A DNA stretch of 40,029 nucleotides from an uncultured Bacilli bacterium (GTDB lineage Bacteria > Bacillota_I > Bacilli_A > RF39 > UBA660), in the NCBI GenBank assembly GCA_944350145.1, contig CALVOC010000001.1, positions 1 through 40,029 of the forward strand. The letters run 5' to 3'. The notes under the pieces are model-generated. The model ran no database searches, was not told the DNA's origin, and saw only the letters and a program-made list of their open reading frames with translations. This document shows, piece by piece, positions 34,026-40,029 of this stretch (within the stretch, counting starts at the first letter, position 1; each line of letters begins with the position of its first letter). A program made the position numbers and the translations under genes.

Positions 34026-35850
34026 AAGATTATTAAAGTACGTTACTAAGAATTTTAAGTTTCAACTTATTGTCGTTTTAATAAGTATTGTTATTAGTGC
34101 TTTAGTAGGAGTTTTAGGAGCTCAGTTTATTAAATATTTGATTGATGATGTCATTACTCCTTTATTACAAAGTGAAGTAAAGGATTTTGCTCCTCTTTTA
34201 CAAATGATTTTTCTTATGGCTATGGTATATGTTCTAGGAGTAATTTGCACTTATGTGTACAATCGTTTAATGATTAATATCTCTCAAGGCGTCTTAAAAG
34301 AAATACGTGAAGAGATGTTTACTCATATGCAAAGTCTTCCGATTCGTTATTTTGATCAAAAAGGTCATGGCGAGATTATGAGTACTTATACAAATGATGT
34401 AGATACTTTAAGACAAATGTTAAGTCAAAGTATTCCTCAGGTATTTTCTTCTCTTGTTTCCATGTTTTCTGTATTAATCGCGATGTTTTATACAAATGTT
34501 TATTTAACTTTTGTTGTTTTAGCTATGGTAGCTTTAATGATTTTTGTTATTAAATATTTAGGAGGAAATAGTTCAAAATATTTTGTTCGTCAACAAGAAG
34601 ATATCGGTCGAGTAAACGGCTATATTGAAGAGATGATGGAAGGACAAAAAGTAGTAAAGGTTTTTAATTATGAAGAGCAAAATAAGCAAGCTTTTGATGC
34701 ATTAAATGATAGTTTATGTGAAAGTATGACAAAAGCGAATATGTTTGCTAATATGCTTATGCCATGTATTATGAATATTGGAAATCTCGGTTATGTTTTA
34801 GTCGCAGTAATCGGAGGAATTTTGTCTGTCAATGGGATTCTTTCTATTGGTAGTATTGCTGCTTTTTTACAATATGTTAAAGCATTTACGAATCCATTAG
34901 GTCAAGTTTCACAGCAAATGAATTCAATTGTTATGGCTTTAGCGGGTGCAGAAAGAATTTTCGAACTTATCGATGAAAAACCTGAAGAAGATAAAGGATA
35001 TGTTACCCTTGTTAATGTGCGAGAAGAGGAAGGACATCTTGTTGAAACAGAGGAAAGAACAGGTTCTTGGGCATGGAGACATAAACATCAAGATGGCAGT
35101 ATCACATATAAAAAATTATGTGGTGAAGTTCTATTTACGGATGTAGAATTTGGTTATACTCCAAACAAGATTGTTTTACACGATATTTCTTTGGTAGCTC
35201 ATGAAGGAGAAAAAGTTTCTTTTGTAGGAGCAACTGGAGCTGGTAAGACTACTATTACCAATTTAATTAATCGTTTTTACGATATTCAAAAAGGAAAAAT
35301 CCGTTATGATGGGATTAATATTGAAAAAATAAAAAAAGAAGATCTTCGTAGATCTTTAGGAATGGTTTTACAAGATACGAGTTTGTTTAGTGGAACCATT
35401 AGAGAAAATATACGGTATGGAAAGCTAGATGCGACGGATGAAGAAGTATATGAGGCAGCTAAACTTGCCAATGCTGATGAATTTATTCGGAATTTGCCAG
35501 ACGGTTATGATACGGTTATCGAAGGAAATGCAGCTTCTATTTCTCAAGGTCAAAGACAGCTTTTATCCATAGCTCGAGCTGCTTTAAACAATCCACCAGT
35601 GCTTATTTTAGATGAAGCAACTTCTAGTATTGATACAAGAACAGAAAAGATTGTTCAAGAAGGTATGGATAAATTAATGAAGGGAAGAACCGTATTTGTT
35701 ATTGCCCATCGTCTTTCTACAATTAAAAATTCAGATTTAATTATGGTATTAGATCATGGTCATATTATTGAACGAGGTACTCATGAAGAATTAATAAAAT
35801 TAAAAGGTACTTACTATGGTTTATATACCGGGGCTATAGAAATGGATTAA
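33994..35850 (+). CDS. ABC exporter half-transporter (TMD-NBD), consensus-site subunit
   Basis: Walker A GATGAGKTT, degenerate signature ISQGQRQL, Walker B LILDEATSSID, H-loop AHR. Overlaps the upstream gene. Alternative start GTG 33985. Confidence 0.9.
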   Translation: MKKKNQGKTIKRLLKYVTKNFKFQLIVVLISIVISALVGVLGAQFIKYLIDDVITPLLQSEVKDFAPLLQMIFLMAMVYVLGVICTYVYNRLMINISQGVLKEIREEMFTHMQSLPIRYFDQKGHGEIMSTYTNDVDTLRQMLSQSIPQVFSSLVSMFSVLIAMFYTNVYLTFVVLAMVALMIFVIKYLGGNSSKYFVRQQEDIGRVNGYIEEMMEGQKVVKVFNYEEQNKQAFDALNDSLCESMTKANMFANMLMPCIMNIGNLGYVLVAVIGGILSVNGILSIGSIAAFLQYVKAFTNPLGQVSQQMNSIVMALAGAERIFELIDEKPEEDKGYVTLVNVREEEGHLVETEERTGSWAWRHKHQDGSITYKKLCGEVLFTDVEFGYTPNKIVLHDISLVAHEGEKVSFVGATGAGKTTITNLINRFYDIQKGKIRYDGINIEKIKKEDLRRSLGMVLQDTSLFSGTIRENIRYGKLDATDEEVYEAAKLANADEFIRNLPDGYDTVIEGNAASISQGQRQLLSIARAALNNPPVLILDEATSSIDTRTEKIVQEGMDKLMKGRTVFVIAHRLSTIKNSDLIMVLDHGHIIERGTHEELIKLKGTYYGLYTGAIEMD

Positions 35851-35926
35851 AATCTATTTCTTTTTTTTGGAAAAAGAGAAAGCTTTCTATATTAACGTTT
35901 GAAACTTGAAGCATTCTGATGTAGGG

Positions 35927-36832
35927 TTATTCAACAAAGGTTACGTTTTCTACATTTAAAGTGTCTTGCATGGATAAAGATATGGAATATTTTACTTCTT
36001 CTTCAATATCTTCTGAGGCTAATCCTTCATAAAGTAATGGACTAAAACTGAGTTTGATTTCACTTTCTAAAATTTCATAATTGGTTAGTTCTGTATTTGC
36101 CGTTAGATAACTAATGAGATTTGTTTTGACATTTGGTTGACTTTTTAATCTTTCGATAATAATTTCTACTTTATCTTTTTCATTATTATCTAATAAAGTA
36201 ACTGGTATGTAATAGGCGATGTTTTGTTCTTTTGCAATATAATAGGTTGTTGTTTTGGTAACGTTTTTTAAATTAGTCAGGTCATAGACTTTATTTACTC
36301 CAATGTCTCTTGTTAATAATGGAGGAAGTTTTTGAGAGGAATTAGGAAGTTTTTCTAAAATTTCTCCTTCTACATATATAATTATTCCATCAATATTTTC
36401 TAATTCTGTTAATGAGTAAACTAAGCATTCTAGCATTTTTTCTTCATATCCTGTCGGAATATTTAAAAACTCTTTGCTAAAATTTATTTTTAAAGTGGTG
36501 TCTTGAATATCTATACTTAATACTTTTGTTCCTTTTGGAATAACTGGTTCAAATACATTTGGAATATAGGCACTTTTCGCATTGTCGATGGTTAAAATTT
36601 CAATAAGTTCTTTGGCTTTATCTAATTGTTTTTCTCCTTGTAAAGAGATGTTTGTACGAGCAACATAGTCTTCTTTATTTAATAGATAGATTGGCGAAGA
36701 TGTTGCTTTGGTATAAGTAATTGTAACATTTTTGATTTCTTCTTCTGTCTTTGGAAAGGTTAAAGTAATTAAAAAAATAAGTAAGGCGAAGGTTGTAATG
36801 ATAAGCTTTCTTTTCGCACAATTTTTAATCAT
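35927..36832 (-). CDS. gerM: GerM-like protein (two GerMN domains) with N-terminal membrane/lipoprotein-type anchor
   Basis: IPKGTKVLSIDIQDTTLKINFSKEFLN....MLECLVYSLTELENIDGIIIYVEGE matches the GerMN pattern. A second repeat lies in the C-terminal half. Confidence 0.7.
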   Translation of the reverse strand: MIKNCAKRKLIITTFALLIFLITLTFPKTEEEIKNVTITYTKATSSPIYLLNKEDYVARTNISLQGEKQLDKAKELIEILTIDNAKSAYIPNVFEPVIPKGTKVLSIDIQDTTLKINFSKEFLNIPTGYEEKMLECLVYSLTELENIDGIIIYVEGEILEKLPNSSQKLPPLLTRDIGVNKVYDLTNLKNVTKTTTYYIAKEQNIAYYIPVTLLDNNEKDKVEIIIERLKSQPNVKTNLISYLTANTELTNYEILESEIKLSFSPLLYEGLASEDIEEEVKYSISLSMQDTLNVENVTFVE

Positions 36833-36878
36833 AAAATCACCTTATTAAAATTTATGTTTTGAAAAGTAAAGTCATTAC

Positions 36879-36905
36879 AAAAAAAGAAAGTTTTTTAGAC
36901 TTTCT
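36879..36905 (-). terminator. rho-independent terminator after gerE
   Basis: Minus strand: AGAAAGT-6 nt-ACTTTCT followed by T7, starting at the gerE stop codon. Confidence 0.7.
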
Positions 36906-37120
36906 TATATAGAAATTTCTCCAAGTCGTAAAAGTTCAACCACAGCACTTGCTCTTCCTTTTACTTCTAATTTTTGCATAGCATTAGAAATATGATTTCT
37001 AACGGTTTTTTCACTAATGTGAAATGTTTGGGCAATTTCTTTGGTTGAATAATTTTGAATTAGTTTTTCAAATATTTCTTTTTCCCTTGTTGTTAATATT
37101 TTTTGCTTCACCAAGATCAT
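36905..37120 (-). CDS. gerE: GerE, LuxR-type sporulation transcription factor
   Basis: LTTREKEIFEKLIQNYSTKEIAQTFHISEKTVRNHISNAMQKLEVKGRASAVVELLRLGEI is near-collinear with my recollection of B. subtilis GerE. I prefer Met at 37120 (AAGGAAAGG upstream), because a SigK-like -10 element sits 2 nt from the longer ORF's ATG at 37144. Confidence 0.9.
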   Translation of the reverse strand: MILVKQKILTTREKEIFEKLIQNYSTKEIAQTFHISEKTVRNHISNAMQKLEVKGRASAVVELLRLGEISI

Positions 37121-37146
37121 CCTTTCCTTTATACGTCTATTCATAG

Positions 37147-37175
37147 TAGTTTATGAGAAAAGATCATTTTGGTTC
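37147..37175 (-). promoter_or_regulatory. candidate SigK-type promoter of gerE
   Basis: Minus strand: gaAC - 16 nt - CATAAACTA. The SigK consensus is AC - 16/17 nt - CATAnnnTA. Confidence 0.4.
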
Positions 37176-37178
37176 TTT

Positions 37179-37685
37179 TTACGCATTTTGAAATTTTACA
37201 GTGATATATTTATCATCATCGAACATTTCACTTACTGTTCTTATAATGTTGTTTGCTAATGCGTTTGAATGTTCTGTACTTGCAATTACTATACTTATTG
37301 TATCATTTTTCATTTTGACAAAACTATCTAGAGAAAAAGTTTCTTTAATTTTCTTTTCGATTTTTTCTTCATCTGTTTTTTTTGCTTGTAAAGCCATTAG
37401 AGAATTGTAGGCATTATTTTTTTCTTCGGTTGTTTTTGTTGTATCTAGTAAAATCGATTGGTAGTTTTCCATTTCTTTTAATACAGCTTCCTCTTCTTCA
37501 ACTCTTAGTGAAACGAGCAAGCTACTTTCTTCTACATCGACATTTACTGGAACAGATGTGGTGTCTGTCGAAGCATTTTCAATAATTTTTTCCAGACTAC
37601 TGTCTTTCATTGTTACATAATAAATAGATAAAACTAATATTAAACTAAAAAGAGTTACAAACCATACACTTTGTTTATTGATCAT
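37179..37685 (-). CDS. spoIIIAH: SpoIIIAH-family protein
   Basis: The N-terminus MINKQSVWFVTLFSLILVLSIYYV parallels B. subtilis SpoIIIAH as I recall it (MLKKQTVWLLTMLSLVVVLSVYY). The C-terminal YscJ/FliF-like part is (EEKNNAYNSLMAL..., ITVKF). GGGAGGA RBS. Confidence 0.75.
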   Translation of the reverse strand: MINKQSVWFVTLFSLILVLSIYYVTMKDSSLEKIIENASTDTTSVPVNVDVEESSLLVSLRVEEEEAVLKEMENYQSILLDTTKTTEEKNNAYNSLMALQAKKTDEEKIEKKIKETFSLDSFVKMKNDTISIVIASTEHSNALANNIIRTVSEMFDDDKYITVKFQNA

Positions 37686-37792
37686 ACATTCTTCCTCCCT
37701 AAGTATCTACCAAACTATATGAATATTACAAAATTTTATTACATGATTTTCCTCAAGCTATGCTATAATAAGAATATAGTGAAGTGAGATTC

Positions 37793-38521
37793 ATGTATCA
37801 ATTGTGTTTGCTTTTTATGAAATTTATATTATTTAGTATGATTGGATATGTGGTCGAGATGATTATGTGTGCCATTGTCGATAAAAAAATTGCCAATCGA
37901 GGTTTTTTTTGTGGGCCAATTATTCCTATATATGGAGTAGGTAGTCTTTTACTTGTATGGCTTTTGTCTCCTTTTAAGGATCATATTCTATTGGTTTTCT
38001 TTTTAAGTATGATTTTGACTACTAGTATTGAATACTTGACTGGATATGTTTTGGAAAAAATTTTTCATAACAAATGGTGGGATTATAGTAAAGAAAAATT
38101 TAATTTGCATGGAAGAATTTGCTTAAAAAACTCCCTTTTGTTTGGTGTTGGTGGACCGATTATTCTCTATTATTTGAATCCTTATATGACAGATTTTTTG
38201 ATTCAATTTAAAAATCAATATTTGATCATCGTAGCTTGTATCATTTTTGTGATTTTTCTTTTGGATGTTATTTATTCTTGTGTTGTTGCCTATAACTTAC
38301 GACATCGTTTAATTGTTGTTGAAGATTTAAAAAACGAAAAACTTATTAAAATTCCTGGTATGCTGGAAAAGATCTTGTTTAAAAGAGTAAAGGGAATGAA
38401 GAAGTTTCCTAAGAGATTATTAAAGGCTTTTCCTTCTTTATGGAAGAGTCATCCTAAAGAATTTGAAATTATGAAAAAAATTGATCAAAAACAAAAATTG
38501 AAAAAAAAGAAGAAAAAATAA
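37793..38521 (+). CDS. polytopic membrane protein, DUF1113 / 'putative ABC-transporter type IV' family, with a poly-Lys tail
   Basis: FSMIGYVVEMIMCAIVDKK..NRGFFCGPIIPIYGVG is the family signature. 5-6 TM segments. Ends KLKKKKKK. Confidence 0.6.
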   Translation: MYQLCLLFMKFILFSMIGYVVEMIMCAIVDKKIANRGFFCGPIIPIYGVGSLLLVWLLSPFKDHILLVFFLSMILTTSIEYLTGYVLEKIFHNKWWDYSKEKFNLHGRICLKNSLLFGVGGPIILYYLNPYMTDFLIQFKNQYLIIVACIIFVIFLLDVIYSCVVAYNLRHRLIVVEDLKNEKLIKIPGMLEKILFKRVKGMKKFPKRLLKAFPSLWKSHPKEFEIMKKIDQKQKLKKKKKK

Positions 38522-38577
38522 AGGAAATTGAACTTTTTTCTTGTATGTATTAGTAGAACAAGAAAGGAGTTTTTTTT

Positions 38578-40029
38578 ATGCGAGTAAAAAAACAATGGGA
38601 TTTAAAAGATTGTGGAGTTGCCTGTCTTTCTTATATTATTGAGTCTTATGGTGGGTATGTAGCTCGGGAAAAATTGAGAGAAGATACCTATACAGATCAA
38701 AAAGGAACAAATGCCTTTTATTTGCAAGAAACTTTAAAAAAATATGGTTTTGATGCTGTTTCTAAAAGATTAGAAATCCAAGATTTAAAAGAATTATCTA
38801 TGCCTGTTATTGGACACTTTGTGTTTGATCATGGATTAGAACATTTTATGGTAATACTTAAAATCAATCGTAATGGAGTTTTGTTAATGGATCCTGCTAT
38901 TGGTAAAAGAAGAATGACTCTTAGAGAATTTAAAAATAGCTGGGATGGCTTTTCTTTATTGGCAGTACCAAGGACTACCATTTTAAAGTTTCCTAAAGAA
39001 AAGCATCTTTTTTTCACTTTAAAAAAGATTTTTCAAACGAAAAGAAATACTTTTCTTCTTCTTTTTTTCTTAAGTTTTCTTCTTTCTTGTTTAACCATTT
39101 TAAATGGCTTTTATTTAAAAATTTCTCTTAGTCAACTTGGAATTTCTTCTTTTTCTTCTTCGTTAAAATATTTATCCTTCTTTTTTCTTGGAATATTGCT
39201 TTTTAAGGCTTTTTTTACTTATTTAAAAAATTATTTTGAATTGTTTTTAAAAAAAGATTTAGATTTGGACTTTATGTATGATTTTTTTAAACATTTATTT
39301 CATTTGCCTTATGTGAAAATAAAAAATTATCAAGAAGGAGAAATTCTTACACGAGTTGATGAAGCTAGGGAGTTAAAAGAGTTTATTGTTTGTTTTCTTT
39401 TAGATTTCTTTTTGAATTTTGGATTATTATTTCTTTCTTTTCTTGTTCTTGGATTTTTAAGTAAAGAATTATTTTTGGTAGTTCTTTTGGCTTTTGCGGT
39501 TTATTTGGGAATTCATTTTCTTTTTGCAAAGAGTTTGTTTTATCTTGTTTTACAGTATATTGAAAATGAAACCATATGGAAAGATGGTGTAGTTGAAGGC
39601 TTAAGGCTTCTTGGAGTTTTTAAACATTTAAATCGAATTTCACAGGGGTTAAATAAAATAGAAGAAGGATTAACTCAGAATATTTATAAAAATCTTAATT
39701 TACAAAAAGAGCAAATAAAAATTCAAGTTATTCAAGAATTTGGTTTAGAATTTTTGAATTTTCTTGTTCTTAGCTATGGCATATATCTCGTAAGTGTTTC
39801 AAAATTATCTTTTTTGGATTTCCTTACTTTTCAAAGTTTATTTATTTATGTCCTTCAACCTATAAAGCAAACGGTGGACCTATTTCCTAAATTTTATTAT
39901 TTAAAGGGTATTGTTTCTAAAATTAATGAGTATTTTTCTTTAAAAGAAGAAGAGGACGGGCAATTTCCAGTAAAACTTGCTAATTTTTCTATCGAATTTA
40001 AACAAGTCTCTTTTGGTTATACTCCAGAT
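38578..40029 (+). CDS. C39-peptidase-domain ABC transporter (bacteriocin/double-glycine peptide processing and export), 3' end outside window
   Basis: Not in the ORF track because there is no stop in the window. AAAGGAG RBS. Product MRVKKQWDLKDCGVACLSYIIESYGG (catalytic Cys), EHFMVILK (His), MDPA (Asp), then the TMD. The frame is open for 484 codons to the window end. Confidence 0.85.
   Translation, partial: MRVKKQWDLKDCGVACLSYIIESYGGYVAREKLREDTYTDQKGTNAFYLQETLKKYGFDAVSKRLEIQDLKELSMPVIGHFVFDHGLEHFMVILKINRNGVLLMDPAIGKRRMTLREFKNSWDGFSLLAVPRTTILKFPKEKHLFFTLKKIFQTKRNTFLLLFFLSFLLSCLTILNGFYLKISLSQLGISSFSSSLKYLSFFFLGILLFKAFFTYLKNYFELFLKKDLDLDFMYDFFKHLFHLPYVKIKNYQEGEILTRVDEARELKEFIVCFLLDFFLNFGLLFLSFLVLGFLSKELFLVVLLAFAVYLGIHFLFAKSLFYLVLQYIENETIWKDGVVEGLRLLGVFKHLNRISQGLNKIEEGLTQNIYKNLNLQKEQIKIQVIQEFGLEFLNFLVLSYGIYLVSVSKLSFLDFLTFQSLFIYVLQPIKQTVDLFPKFYYLKGIVSKINEYFSLKEEEDGQFPVKLANFSIEFKQVSFGYTPD

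Noticed and set aside
1-40029. CRISPR arrays, transposases or IS ends, integrases, prophage modules, restriction-modification systems or known defence systems.
   Set aside because: No regularly spaced direct repeats were seen, and no ORF carries recombinase, transposase, nuclease-helicase or methyltransferase motifs. The only mobile-looking trace is the decayed ATPase next to tRNA-Arg.

Overview
This window is a visibly AT-rich chromosomal segment (GC not computed exactly) from an endospore-forming, low-GC Bacillota organism. It is densely coded. I count about 36 protein-coding genes, 2 tRNAs with their own promoters and terminators (Glu-CUC, Arg-UCU), and 3 decayed genes. Several gene blocks are syntenic with Bacillus subtilis: lspA-rluD; lexA <-> small SOS gene - tkt - sirA; ylbM(tmcAL) <-> ylbN(yceD)-rpmF; and sufS-sufU. 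Sporulation genes are present: ylmC/ymxH, sirA-like, and spoIIIAH-gerE-gerM. Other content, in order:
- a Fe-ADH / FIST / ALDH operon
- signal peptidase I followed by a 1412-aa Ig-repeat surface protein
- an ABC-2 pair
- a membrane-anchored amidase, a GT2 glycosyltransferase and an unknown gene
- a LamG + FGE/C-lectin-like secreted protein
- a heterodimeric ABC exporter
- a C39-peptidase bacteriocin-type ABC exporter that runs off the 3' edge (missing from the ORF track)

I see no CRISPR array, prophage, transposase, or recognisable defence or toxin system.

The most unusual observations:
1. L32 is encoded with an N-terminal MRLNLQLF|A extension that matches the Prp-cleaved propeptide of L27.
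2. The syntenic transketolase has most of its catalytic and cofactor motifs substituted.
3. A 47-aa membrane protein lies divergent from lexA under LexA boxes, which suggests an SOS division inhibitor.
4. spoIIIAH is detached from its usual operon and sits beside gerE and gerM.
5. An 11-G / C-rich hairpin lies in a 3' UTR.

All functional calls come from motif recognition by eye and need database confirmation.
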